DNA from: Amphiura filiformis
Taxonomy: Eukaryota
Length of the DNA stretch: 64,000 nucleotides
Direction: 5' to 3'
NCBI RefSeq assembly: GCF_039555335.1
Contig: NC_092647.1
Location: 51,861,740-51,925,739 of the forward strand
A program made the translations under genes and the position numbers. Shown here piece after piece: positions 11,646 to 24,169 of the stretch. Position 1 is the first letter of the stretch. Each line of letters opens with the position of its first letter. The notes below the pieces were generated by a model that did not search any database, was not told the DNA's origin, and saw only the letters and a list, made by a program, of their open reading frames with translations.

Positions 11646-13209
11646 TCTGATATATGCTAATGGCAGTGGAATAATTGTTGAAGTGTGCTGATAACTACAA
11701 CCTTGGCATGCTTAGATGAAGTGCACATTAAATCACCAGCATTTATTTTTGTATTTATAATGGTTGAATGAAATTTGCTGAAATAAGAGAATTTGAAAGT
11801 TTCTGCATTATTTTATGCATTTTGATGATAAAATTTTAGAAAAAAAAGGTATCATTGGGGAGCCAAACCTTTAAAAAAAAGTCATTCAGGTATATTCTTC
11901 AAAGGGAACTTAATGACAGGCACATTCCTGTCACCTCTCAAGTTGAGTATCCACCAGTAAGACAACACCCTCCTAGGCTTATGAAGCGGGGCTCGGGGGC
12001 TCAGCCCCCCTCAATAATTTTTGTGTGCGGGGGGGGCTCAAATACCCACTTGAGTTTCAGAAAAACCACATGAAAGGTTATCTTTTCCAACAACGGAATG
12101 GTGCCCCATTTTGTGTACTGCGGTGTCAATATGGTCTGTCTCATACATGTCTGTTTGTAAACATTTGTATAGTTGGAAACATTTATCAGATGTACTGTGA
12201 TTTTGAGCAAATGATGTTTTCCATCCTAGAACATGTAGCGATTTTAAGAAAGGCGGCAAATTTGAAATTGACATAAAGGCAAAATATGGAGCAAAAAACA
12301 ATAAAATACATAAGAAAATAGACATCACAAAACTTCATAACTTTAGAACTACAATGCTAGCCAAAATAGGTTGGAATGAAAAATAGAATGTGCACCTTGT
12401 AATGACCATATTTTCGTTATTTCTAGAGTGATGAAATGGCACTTTCTTGAGTGTCAAGTCTAAACATTACCCTCACCCCAATACCTCCCCTGCCCCACCA
12501 ATCAATGTTGGGTACTACTGAGCGCACATGAACAAAATGTCAGGATTCAACATTGATCGGGGGAACGGGGCTCATTTACAATACCGTACTAATTTCATTC
12601 CAACCCTTTTGTCCAGGGTTGTCTCTAAAACTACCGAAATTACATAATGACACATGTTTTATAGCTATAGTTTTTTATTCTTTGTCCGATTTACATGAAA
12701 ATTTACATCAAAATAAAAAATTAATTGTCTTTTCCTCAATGACAAAACCAAAATTGTAATAGTGTCACTAGTGTAAGGGAGCGGTCAATTTATGTACATG
12801 CAGCCTTTAATTTGAAGTTCATGCAATTCAACTAAAGTAGCTCATATAACGTCATATATTGCATTATAAGTGTTATACTTTCAAGAAATGTTCATTTTAC
12901 CTTTTACATGTAAATGAAATATCATAAATGTAATTCATGAAAGTATAATCTTAGAAACAGAAGATGAAAAACTGAAATAAATGTTTTTAAAAAAAAAAAA
13001 ATATACAAAATACATAGAAAATCATTATTTCGTCTTCAGTAGATAGTTAACATGTGTAGTATATTTTACAGGTTTTATAGCTATATTGTTCTTATTGTAA
13101 GTCTGTAGAAAGGAAAATTAAAATCAAATGTTCAGTACAAAAACGAAGCATTTAATTTAATTTTTATTCATAGGCAAAAGCAAATTAAAACAAAAGAAAT
13201 TTTAAAAAT

Positions 13210-13272
13210 GCGGAATTGAACCCAAGCCCTTCCGTTAACTGGCAGTCGCCTTATCCACTGAGCTATTGAGGC
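13210..13272 (-). other. tRNA-like sequence, non-canonical, probably a tRNA-derived repeat or pseudo-tRNA. Duplicate at 14576-14640.
   Basis: The reverse complement has TAGCTCAGTGG (A-box-like) and GGTTCAATTCC (B-box-like). The stems do not close into a canonical cloverleaf. Confidence 0.4.
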
Positions 13273-13567
13273 GTTGTAATTCTAAGTGCACTTTTGTACT
13301 AGAGATTCTTTATAAATGAATAAAAAGTGTTTTAAACTAATCCACTTGTTTTATGCAACAATAATTGGCTTATTGAATAGAGAACCACGGTATTCAGACC
13401 TTTTCTTCACAAATTAGATTCCAAAACTTGACATAAATAGAAAAATGCACGGTATGCAAGCCTGTAAACAGTATATGACATAGTATTAAAATCTTTATTG
13501 TGTCTGCATACCGTAAAACTCATACATTGATATGGTCTAAATTATCGCAAACAAATCGAGTAACATT

Positions 13568-13644
13568 AAATAGCTCCATTGGTAGAGCGCGTACCAGTTA
13601 AACGAGCAGATTTGACAGCGCGGGTTCGAATCCTGTATGGTCGC
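13568..13644 (+). other. tRNA-like sequence, non-canonical, homologous and inverted relative to 13210-13272. Duplicate at 14930-15005.
   Basis: TAGCTCCATTGGTAGAGCG D-arm and GGGTTCGAATCC T-arm. Shares the core ccagttaaMcg with its partner. The T-stem is not complementary. Confidence 0.4.
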
Positions 13645-15920
13645 TTTTTATTTTTATCTCGATATTTTATTTTTCCTTAGTATTTATTTATACAGAATAG
13701 ATTTCAGATTTGTGTTGATCTAAATAATGTTTTACAAGTTTGTAGACTTATTTTTTTGGCATTTAAAGTGATCAATTGTGTTTCTAAACAGGGCCAAAAA
13801 TAGGATATTAGGAATTTTAGTGACCAGTCCCTAAATATGACGGATTAGCTATTGTTACTTTTTGTGGTAAAGGATAATGATAAGAGCTGCTTAGCCTCCA
13901 AATTGCAGGTCCATATCTTATTTACTTTTCATTTTATGGCCAAAAACCAAAATTAGATGATTTTTTTCAACTTTTCAAATACATGTCTCTAAGGCTACCG
14001 AAATTACATAATGACACATGTTTTATAGCTATAGTTTTTTTATTCTTTGTCCGATTTACATGAAAATTTACATCAAAATAAAAAAATTAATTGTCTTTTC
14101 CTCAATGACAAAACCAAAATTGTAATAGTGTCACTAGTGTAAGGGAGCGGTCAATTTATGTACATGCAGCCTTTAATTTGAAGTTCATGCAATTCAACTA
14201 AAGTAGCTCATATAACGTCATATATTGCATTATAAGTGTTGTACGTCCAAGAAATGTTCATTTTACCCTTTACATGTAAATGAAATATCATAAATGTAAT
14301 TCATGAAAGTATAATCTTAGAAACAGAACATGAAAACTGAAATAAATGTTTTTTGAAGTTAAAAATATACAAAATACATAGAAAATCATTATTTAAGTCT
14401 TCAGTAGATAGTTAACATGTGTAGTATAGTTTACAGGTTTTATGGCTATGTTGTTCGTATCGTTAGGCTGTAGAAAGGAAAATTAAATTGTAGTGTTTAG
14501 TACAAAAACGAAACATTTAATTTAATTTTTATTCATAGGCAAAAGCAAATTAAAACAAAAGAAATTTTAAAAATGCCGGAATTGAACCCAAGCCCTTCCG
14601 TTAACTGGCAGTCGCCTTATCCACTGAGCTATTGAGGCGTTGTAATTCTCGTGCACTTTTGTACTAGAGATTCTTTATAAATGAATAAAAGTGTTTTAAA
14701 CTAATCCACTTGTTTTATGCAACAATAATTGGCTTATTGAATAGAGAACCACGGTATTCAGACCTTTTCTTCACAAATTAGATTCCAAAACTTGACATAA
14801 ATAGAAAAATGCACGGTATGCAAGCCTGTAAACAGTATATGACATAGTATTAAAATCTTTATTGTGTCTGCATACCGTAAAACTCATACATTGATATGGT
14901 CTAAATTATCGCAAACAAATCGAGTAACATTAAATAGCTCCATTGGTAGAGCGTACCAGTTAAACGAGCAGATTTGACAGCGGGTTCGAATCCTGTATGG
15001 TCGCTTTTTATTTTGATCTCGATATTTTATTTTTCCTTAGTATTTATTTATACAGAATAGATTTCAGATTTTGTTGATCTAAATAATGTTTTACAAGTTT
15101 GTAGACTTATTTTTTGGCATTTAAAGTGATCAATTGTGTTTCTAAACAGGGCCAAAAATAGGATATTAGGAATTTTAGTGACCAGTCCCTAAATATGACG
15201 GATTAGCTATTGTTACTTTTTGTGGTAAAGGATAATGATAAGAGCTGCTTAGCCTCCAAATTGCAGGTCCATATCTTATTTACTTTTCATTTTATGGCCA
15301 AAAAACCAAAATTAGATGATTTTTTTTCAACTTTTCAAATACAATGCTAGCCAAAATAGGTTGGAATGAAAAATAGAATGTGCACCTTGTAATGACCATA
15401 TTTTCGTTATTTCTAGAGTGATGAAATGGCACTTTCTTGAGTGTCAAGTCTAAACATTACCCTCACCCCAATACCTCCCCTGCCCCACCAATCAATGTTG
15501 GGTACTACTGAGCGCACATGAACAAAATGTCAGGATTCAACATTGATCGGGGGGAACGGGGGCTTATTTTGCAATACCGTACTAATTTCATTCCAACCCT
15601 TTTGTCCAGGGTTGTAGATATGCTAGACATTTGATGTTTTCAGTATACGATAGCTTAATGTTAATATAAAGTAATAACCAAAGTAACTTAGTTTTTAAAA
15701 ATGCCTCCTTTGGCCCCCATATTGCAGATTGTGTCACAATTTAATATACTTTAAAGTCAAATTGAATTGGACCGACAATCATCGTAAAATTTGGCCTGTT
15801 TGAAGGGGAAGTACAGTCTGAAAAGTGCTTATTAAATACTATTTTTTATTGACAATAACCTCATTAGACATCCAGTCAATATCCTAAGTGGTTAATCACT
15901 TCCATTTTTTTGATTCACAG

Positions 15921-16067
15921 AAACTAACTGCAGATATCCAGGAGTATTGTGTACTAGAGATTCACACATCAAGGTTGATAGGTCAAACCATACAGGAAAC
16001 CCACAAGGATGAGCCGCTATTGGCTTATAGGGTGTTCACACATCATGGAGTACTACAGGATGTTAAG
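15921..16067 (+). CDS. PARP4: PARP4-like exon 5
   Basis: Acceptor CAG at 15918-15920, donor GTATGT at 16068. KLTADIQEYCVLEIHTSRLIGQTIQETHKDEPLLAYRVFTHHGVLQDVK aligns to human VVVELQCSRDSRDCPFLISSHFLLDDG. Confidence 0.8.
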
Positions 16068-16934
16068 GTATGTGTAATGTGTTGCTATCGCAGGGTTGCT
16101 ATGCAGGGAATGATGATGCAAACAAGATAATGGGAAGCCTTAAAGTGACATTCACAGATTGTTATGCATAAATGTTATTTTATGTTGGCCCTACATGTAT
16201 ATCAAACATTTTAGGTTTCCTTAAACTTAAAAAATTAAGGACAAATCATTATAGCATTATGAAGTAAAAGTTAAAATATTCTAAAAGTTCCATCCCCCAA
16301 AATCAGTGCAAATTTAAGTAACCAATATTAAAAGTTCCTCTTATTCTGAAATGACAAAATAAACCTTCACTAGTTACTAGTCTAGTAGCATAAATGAATT
16401 CTTTACACACAATCTTTAGGATACTGGTTATACTTTCAGAGCGTTTCTACCCCAGGTTTCTACTGAGAGGGAGTATGAATGGCAGCTCCATTTGAATTTC
16501 ATACACCCTCTGAGAGAGATTCAACTTGAATCTTTCACAGAGTTTCAAATGGAGCTGCCTAATGTGCTCATTCCATTTGAAAATCATGGATTATTTTCCG
16601 ACGGGGGTGTGCGACTCCAGCTCTCGAACCCTTACCCATTTCCAAGGGTAATTTTACCAAAAATAGGGACTTATACCTAAGGATTTTCAGTTTCAGAATA
16701 TAAGGACCCATCTTAGCTTGAAAATAGTAAAAGCAACATGTTTTTCACACATAGCAAAGAAAATTTAAAAAGGAGACCCATGTCTAAGGATTATTTTCTT
16801 CAAAACATAGACATTTGTCTCAGGATTTTTCGTGGAAAACCTACCCATTTGGGCGGCACATAGGAAAGGGTTTGTACATGAGGTCCCGGGAGAAAGACAC
16901 TCACTATTTGCTTTTTTTCCATTCCATACCTCAG

Positions 16935-17090
16935 GATATCCATTGTGGCACCAAGGAATGTCGGTATACATCAACAGGTGCAGAAGCTGAACAGGTGTAT
17001 AGTTACCTGTATAACAGGTGTATCAATCAAGGATATCAAAGAACCACTGAGCACATGTCACGATGGATTGGTTCTCCTGTCTACAGAAAG
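16935..17090 (+). CDS. PARP4: PARP4-like exon 6
   Basis: Strong pyrimidine tract then AG at 16933-16934. Donor GTATGT at 17091. ...AEAEQVYSYLYNRCINQGYQRTTEHMSRWIGSPVYRK aligns to human ASEYFENYIEELKKQGFLLREH. Phase 0 at both ends. Confidence 0.8.
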
Positions 17091-18166
17091 GTATGTGTAT
17101 TGTCTATTGTAGTAGAGTGCCGTCTCCCAAGAGAGCCTTCACTGGGCTGGTCATGCAGTTCCATCTACAAGGCAGAAATCTACCAGAAATGCCCTGAGAT
17201 GAATCTTCATTTTAGCCTGGTCAATACCTTGATTTTGGGCTAAAATAGTGTACATTTGTAAATTGGCTTGGTAGAGACAAGATTTGAACTTGATTTTGGG
17301 TTAAGATTGCGTAAAATTTCACATTTTGTGAGTTTCACATGCAATTGTCCTGGTCAAACCAGGCATGATGCGGCCTATTAGAAAAGTTTTGTTTGCCTCT
17401 CACTGATAATTTACTGACACTGATATGCCATGCACTGATTGTCTCGAATTTATTTATTATTTACTGTGAGCAGATTATATTAGAACTGAATCTTTTATGA
17501 CTCACTAATTTTGCTGACAAAAAAAAAAATATGTGTAAAAAAGGTACGGTGTGATAGCAGACATTTTGAGAATGAATAGTTGAATTGTTTACTGAAAAGG
17601 GCATATTACTATCATCAAATTGATATTTTTGTTAATTTTGTAATTTATTGATCAACTTGTTGAGCAGTTTGAAATGATCTTGTAGCCATGTTTGGTTGTT
17701 TCTTTTCATACTTTCATGTTCAACTAACTTCTACAGGGCCCCAATCGCAACCGTTCTCTTAAACTTATTCTGTCAGAATCTCCCCAAATCGTATCAATTC
17801 TGTACATGGTAAATTATGATAATCGATGATCAGTGAATTCTCACTTATTACTCATGTGAGTTGGTGAGAATCAGTTTTGATTCATGTAAAGTGCAACAAA
17901 ATTGATTTCTGGCCTTGTTCTAGTTTTATGAATTTATTCAAAGTCAATTTTGTAGCAGGAAGTGGCATGGTTAATATGAGGTTGGATATCCTTGTTTGTG
18001 GATGCAACACAACATGTATGAGGTCGCATATCCTTGGAGAATGTTGCAATTGCAAGACTTAGGCCCAATTCACACTTTTTATTCAACATTGAATATATTT
18101 GATGCAATTATGTATAATTTGTTAATCAAAAGAGTGAAGTTCACTCTAAGAGTGAAATGTCCACTC

Positions 18167-18385
18167 TTTAACCCCCTGAGCACTACCTGCCGATTTAACA
18201 TTGCCTCTGATTGGTCAATTACATGATATCTTCACTTTAATCACCAATCAGAATGGAGCTTTGCAAATAATTCACCCCAATTTATTTGTGTGGTGAAATT
18301 ACTCCAACAATGTTGCTGATTGGTCCAATTGATAATGAAAACTTCTTTTTGGCCAATGGGCAGGTAGTTCTCATGGGGTTAAGTT
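18167..18385. mobile_element. MITE of about 215 bp with terminal inverted repeats. The second copy at 23145-23354 ends 36 bp before the exon 9 acceptor.
   Basis: ttaaccccctgagcactacctgccgat ... atYggcaggtagttctcatggggttaa. Both copies are about 90% identical. Confidence 0.8.
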
Positions 18386-18920
18386 ATTATCTAAGAGACA
18401 ACTCTTCTTGGAGTGGTCCTTTTTCTGGCTTTTTGAAGAGTAGGAGTGAAATTCACTCTTTTGGAATTAAAATTGCACTCTTTTTTGGAGTGCATAAATA
18501 CTCAATATGGGTGAACAGCCAGGAGTCCAGGCCTTTAACTGTTTTGACTTGGAAAAATAAATTAATGCTAGTGTCAGAGTGGTCCAGTTTTAATGACAGT
18601 GTATTGCACGATTCCAAACTTTGTTGTGAGAAAAAGAAAACTGTATTCTCTGTGTAAACTAAACACTTAAAAGTAATCAAAATTGATTGTCCCGGGGTTT
18701 TGTCAATATATTGACCAGGCCTATCACTAGTCAAGTATGATGATATAAAATTGGATGGTTTGAACCCAATACACAAATTTATTGGTCGAGCTATGAGTTT
18801 TAAAATATTGGACGAGGCGAAGTCCAATATTTTTAAACTCATAGTGAGACTCAATAAATTTTGCATTAGTGAAAAAACCATCAATTTTATCATTATTATG
18901 TTTTCAGAATCTTTTCTTGG

Positions 18921-19025
18921 TCAAAACATGACTTTTGGTCAAAAATGTGATATTTTTGGTCAAAAATGTGATTTTCGGTCAAAAATGTGATTTTCGGTCA
19001 AAAATGTGATTTTGGTCAAAAATGA
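18921..19025. repeat. Minisatellite (GGTCAAAAATGTGATTTTY)n, about 6 units
   Basis: Direct reading. Confidence 0.9.
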
Positions 19026-20648
19026 GAAAAAGTGTAAAAAACAAAATTTGGGGGGAAAAAGTGAGCCTATCCAACACAGTCCAAGTTTTGAGTCCAAGTG
19101 TTGATTATATTGGACTCTTCAACTCTGTACAAAGTATAGGAAAGAAGATTCTGAGAACATAATAATGATTATTGTTGGAATATAAGTTTGATAAAAATTC
19201 CCTTTAAAAGGGAAGGCCAGCGTCAATGCAGAAGAGGTCTTGTAAATAGTTTGGGTCACCGTGAAAGGCATTTTTAGGATCACGCTTACATCCATGTTAC
19301 ATGACAGTTCACCAAACCATCAATGGTGAGAACATGCACACTGAAACAGCAAAACACATTAACTCCTATAACTCCTGTCAACTCTTTAATTCATTACTCC
19401 AAATTGTTCTGTATTTTTGTCTTTACTGCTTTTTACCCATGCTTATTATAAAAATCAAGAAATACACTGCAGTTGTTAGTTAATTCGCTATGTTAACTCA
19501 ACTTACATGCACATTTTATTTTAAAATAATTTTATATTATTTCGCAATGTATAGTTTACTATAAAGTAGATAGTGGCAAGCACATGATAAAGGACTGATC
19601 ATTCACTACAATCTTCACTTTTAAACTGTATTTTTTGAATGTGTTGATTGTTAGTCCGAAACTCCTGCAAAGCTATGGACATGGCATCTTACCTACTCCA
19701 TTCTGTAGTCTGCATTGTGTGTTTTCTCAGTCTTCAATCATTTTGTTGAATGTAATTTTATGAATCAAATAAAAAGATAGAAATTGGCCTCACTTTAGTT
19801 ATGTGTCATTTTACAGTATTTATCATTTATAAAGTAAGACAATAATTTATTTATTTTCTATAAGTGCATGTCAAAATATGGGATATATTGTTCAATATTA
19901 TAGCTAGCCCTAAAAACTTTATTTTCAATCGGATTTTTCCGTTGAAAAGACAAAACTGATGTTAAAGATAGCAATAATATCATCAATAACATTTTGAGTC
20001 AATTTTATCCATAAAACGATACAGGATAGGATAGATAATTACTTTGACTTCAATGTGGTCCATATAATGAAGATTTTGATTCCACAACATTATTAGATCT
20101 GTTATCAACATATCAATTAACTGCACTCACAGGCAACCAAACATCATGCTATGCTCAATAGTCCACTGATATGACCTCGTGATCATTCCCCGCTTTGACC
20201 ATGTCATTTTTTTTGATATGCTGATTGCTGAACAAGTTTATGTTTATATGTGTAGGCCTAACCTATGATAACTTTTTAAGTCATAATTAATTCAAACATA
20301 ACTTTGGCAATACTCAATCGTTTTCGTTCGTTGAAGCGGCAAAACATACTTTCTTTTCCTTGCAAATCGAATTAGCAGACATCAAAAACATTTCCACCAC
20401 GAGAAGTAAAAAAATAATTCATACCAATAGAAGAAGGCTATAATCTTAGCTAATCTTTAGTGTACACAAACCCCATCTCAGAATTAGGTACCAGCGCCCT
20501 ATGCGCTGGCGAAAAGCTTTTAAATTATAACGGTTCAACTGTGTACACTTGTCACTCACATCATTTCAAATGTTAGAATTCTGCTTTCATCATCCTTTTT
20601 TCGATTTTTATGCTGATGGAAGATTACTTGTTATTTATTTGATAACAG

Positions 20649-20786
20649 AGGATGCTGCAGTCACATACTCAGACTCTGGACTTATTGGAGGAAGTGGAAT
20701 ACTTAGTTGATTATGTGTGGAGAGAAGCTATGGGAACACTGTCAGCAATACTGAGTGTTCCTATAAGATCTGTATCACTAGAAAAG
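20649..20786 (+). CDS. PARP4: PARP4-like exon 7, start of PARP helical regulatory domain
   Basis: Acceptor AG at 20647-20648, donor GTAGCA at 20787. RMLQSHTQTLDLLEEVEYLVDYVWREAMGTLSAILSVPIRSVSLEK aligns to human LQALLLEEV...DLVEMIWAEALGHLEHMLLKPVNRISLNDVSK. Confidence 0.85.
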
Positions 20787-21117
20787 GTAGCAACTTTTAT
20801 CTCTTCAATGTACAATTCAGGACATGTATAGCTCGGGGGCACTCCCACTTTGGAGGTGATGCGTATGTAGGGTCGCTCTCACCCAAAGACCCCATATTTT
20901 TTACGAACACATGTTCTGTCACCCGAAGACCCCCTATTTTTCCATTTGATCTGTCACCCAAAGACTCTTATTTTTCAATTTGAACAGCAACTTTCATTTA
21001 TCACTGATTTTGTTTCCTATTTTTAAAACAACAAAGAAATTTGAAGCCTTTTTGAACTACTTTGATTTTCGAGGTTTTTTGACGCTGTTTCGGCTCTCAC
21101 CCAAAGGTTCCATTAAA

Positions 21118-21300
21118 AAAAAGGTCATGTTCTCACCCAATGACCCCATATTTTGTACATTTTGCTCTCACCAAATGCCAAAAACCATGTTCTCACCCAA
21201 TGACCCCATATTTTTTACATTTTGCTCTCACCGAATGCCAAAAATCATGCTCTCACCCAATGACCGCATATTTTTTACATTTTGCTCTCACCGAATGCCC
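21118..21300. repeat. Tandem repeat of about 60 bp, 3 units (catgttctcacccaatgaccccatatttt.tacattttgctctcaccRaatgccaaaaa)
   Basis: Direct reading. Generates the ORFs at 20980-21454. Confidence 0.9.
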
Positions 21301-21691
21301 CTTACTTCGAAAGTGTCAGCCCTACACCTATATCCATTTCATATTGAAGTGCCCCCCCCCCTGCATAGCTATACAACATTTATACATTAATTACTGTATA
21401 CTACTTGTTGAGAGTGAAATAGTACAAAATAATACATGCGTACTGAGATGTTGATGCGTCTTATGCACAAGATACAAACCCCACGGACGAGAGGGGGGAA
21501 TGGTGGGGACAAATGTCCCCTGTCAAATGCAAATGCCCCGTCAGAAAAAGTGGACTTTTTTCCCAAATTTGGACCTTTTTTTGACCAAAAAGGCATAAAA
21601 AACCCTATTTTTTTGCTCACAACACTCGCAAATTTGCCTTTTGGGTAAAAACATTGGTAGGATAATTTCTTTTTTTCGCTTTAATTTCTAG

Positions 21692-21868
21692 GTAGAGAAA
21701 GCAGAGGCCATTTTGCTAGAAATCAGGAGAGCCATTGACAGCAACTGTAATGAGGACTTTATCAAGAGTAAATCAGACAAATTCTTTGATATTATTCCTC
21801 ATAAAGCAGGACATGAAGAACCTATTATGACCAAAAAGATCATAGCTAGGAAGCAGGATATATGCCAG
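21692..21868 (+). CDS. PARP4: PARP4-like exon 8, PARP regulatory domain
   Basis: Acceptor AG at 21690-21691, donor GTAAGC at 21869. VEKAEAILLEIRRAIDSN...FFDIIPHKAGHEEPIMTKKIIARKQDICQ aligns to human AEGILLLVKAALKNG...FYRLIPHK...LLAKKADLCQ. Confidence 0.9.
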
Positions 21869-21954
21869 GTAAGCACTTGTGTGGGGGGCCATGTGTGTCT
21901 GTGAGGGGGCACATGCTTTGTAAAGACCTGCAAAGGGGACAGATCCAGAGCAAC

Positions 21955-22600
21955 CAGCATGTTGCAAACAACATAAAAATGTCTTGTTTGGTGGTGTAGG
22001 GTAGCTTAGGGTCATATCAGTTAGATAGTGTATAAAGTCTGATGGGACAATAGCCAAGGTCCTAGTTGTAGGTCCTAGTTTGCAGGGGTGTGTTGAGGTA
22101 TAAAGGTGTGTACATAAGGTGTGTACATAATGTGTGTTACATTGATGGGGATGATGGTGATTGGTGAAGGTGACAGTACGTGATAGCAAAGTACACCCAG
22201 CAACTAATACATCCACCTACTAGCATATTGCAAACAACATAAACTGCCCCGCTTGCCAGTGGAGGGTAGCTCAGTATGAAGTCTGATGGGTCCACGGTTT
22301 AGAGCTAAGCTTTGGGTGTGTAAGGTTTGTTGTATGTAGGTCTTAGTTTGCAAGCCTTTACAAGTAGGGGTATGTTTGAGTGTAGAGGTGTGTACATAAT
22401 ATGTGTTACAATGACTGGATGGTGGTAAAGGTGACATTGATGAAAGTAGGTTAAATGAGGACACCAAGCAACCGAGGACATCCACTGTTCCTTCTACCTA
22501 CCAGCATATTGCAAACATGATGATGGTGATGATGATGGATGATGGTGATGGTGACACAGTGATGATGATGACAAAGATGAAGATGACAATGAGGATAAGA
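21955..22600. repeat. Tandem duplication of about 260 bp, 2 units, followed by the (GATGATGGT)n-like minisatellite at 22516-22600
   Basis: catattgcaaacaacataaa...gtgtgtacataaKRtgtgttaca...ggtgacaK appears twice. Explains the minus-strand ORFs at 21773-22797. Confidence 0.85.
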
Positions 22601-22814
22601 TAAGAGGTTAATGGCTGCATATAACTGTGAGAATAAGAACAGTAAGTTGATGGAGGATGGGGATAAGTATGACTAGTGTGATGATCTTGATGAAAATAGC
22701 ATGGAAAGATCATTGGCTTAACAATCATCGTTTTATAGAATTGAAGATTATAGTAGTGGTAGTAAAATGAAAATAATCTTAAATTAGACGACAGCACTAT
22801 TTTTTTTTACCGGG

Positions 22815-23075
22815 AATGCTTCTTGGAACTTATATTCATCAGCCGATGTTGTTGACCAACCTGATCAGATGACGTTAAATTAGGTGACGTCATGGAAGTT
22901 TAGAAATTCCTGCCCTAGGTCCTGTGTGGGACAACCTGATCAAACCAAGTAGAACCAGGGGCAGGAATTTTCCAATTTTGGTGATGTCATCTGATTTGGT
23001 TGGTCTCTAGCCATTTCCAAGAAAAATATCAGACCTAACAACATCAGCTGACAATGAGGAAGTTCCTAAAAAGCG
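22815..23075. mobile_element. Foldback/MITE
   Basis: tcatcagccgatgttgtt...ggaagtttagaaattcctgccc pairs with gggcaggaattttcc...aacaacatcagctgacaatga. Confidence 0.65.
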
Positions 23076-23390
23076 CTCCCGGTAAGCGAAATAATAGTGT
23101 TGATGTCCAAGTTTAAATCATTCTTAACTTCTTTTATGTTAACCCCCTGACTACTACCTGCCGATCTAACATTGCCTCTGATTGGTCAATTACATGATAT
23201 CTTCACTTTAATCACGAATCAGATTGGAGCTTTGCAAATAATTCACCCCAATTTTTTTGTGCGGTGAAATTATTCTAACAATGTTGCTGATTGGTCCAAT
23301 TGATACGAAAACTTCTTTTTGGCCAATCGGCAGGTAGTTCTCATGGGGTTAAGCTATTTTACCTGATCATCTTATTTTACTATTTCACAG

Positions 23391-23551
23391 CTAATAAAAG
23401 ACATTGTCAATGCCAATGAGTCTACCGGCTGGTCCCAGTTATCGGATGCTGTATCCAAATATAGAGCTCTGAATTGTATGATAGATTGGTTGAAACCCGG
23501 CCATGTGGAGAGAGATGAGGTGGAGAAACTTGTCATATCAACTCAAGAGGA
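23391..23551 (+). CDS. PARP4: PARP4-like exon 9, PARP regulatory domain
   Basis: Acceptor CAG at 23388-23390, donor GTAAGT at 23552. LIKDIVNANESTGWSQLSDAVSKYRALNCMIDWLKPGHVERDEVEKLVISTQEE aligns to human LIRDMVNVCETNLSKPNPPSLAKYRALRCKIEHVEQNTEEFLRVRKEVLQNHH. Ends in phase 2. Confidence 0.9.
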
Positions 23552-24169
23552 GTAAGTAAAAGCTAGGGAAGTGATTTAAAAGTAACGATTCAATCAGTTG
23601 GAACTATATCCATGTGACCAAACACATTGAAAACAGGCAGTTGTTGGAAGACAAAGATAACTATAGAAATGTTAAATTACTATTTTACATCTAGCATCAA
23701 TGGGTGAGGTGTCATTTTAAAGAATGGAAGAATGTCATGGTTAAGAAATCCTAATGTTTGTGACACATGTTAAGCTTAGATGAGACTAGGGTAGACTTGT
23801 TCATTAAACTGGTTACAGGTTGATAGCCCAGAGGGTCATCTGACACCCCAATAACTTAGTTATCAACCCCAATCCTTACCATAACACCAAACTCGGGTGT
23901 TAAAAGTAGCACCAATTGGATTCAACGGAGGACCGCACCTAGGGGGGTTATTTCTTAACACTTTTGGGTGTTATTTTTATACTCTTCATGTCATTTTTGA
24001 CAACAAAAGTGTTAAAACACAACACCCCTGGGTGCAGTCCCCTGTTGACTCCAATTAGTGTTACTTTTAACCCCCAAGTTTTTGCAGTGTTAACCTAAGC
24101 TCTAAGCCTAATCCTAAATGTAACCCTAACCCTTAAACATAACCCTAGCTGTGGTACTTGCTCCAGCTC

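Larger units (their letters stand above)
12350..15615. repeat. Segmental tandem structure A-B-B'-A'. A is about 270 bp (12350-12620, 15343-15613). B is about 1.36 kb (12621-13985, 13986-15340).
   Basis: Copies of both A and B align along their full lengths at near-identity. Confidence 0.9.

Noticed and set aside
13210-13644. tRNA genes
   Set aside because: A- and B-box-like motifs are present, but the acceptor, anticodon and T stems do not pair. I call them tRNA-derived repeats or pseudo-tRNAs instead. The same applies to the tRNA-like heads at 28600-28680, 36850-36900, 40230-40330 and 43860-43960.
16815-17243. 142-aa ORF
   Set aside because: Only 16935-17090 is exonic, as it is bounded by an acceptor and a GTATGT donor and is homologous to PARP4. 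The rest is intronic read-through.
21773-22797. Minus-strand ORFs of 147, 93 and 99 aa
   Set aside because: They lie in a 260-bp tandem duplication and a GATGATGGT minisatellite. Composition is low-complexity (H, T, Y, P rich). They have no splice context.
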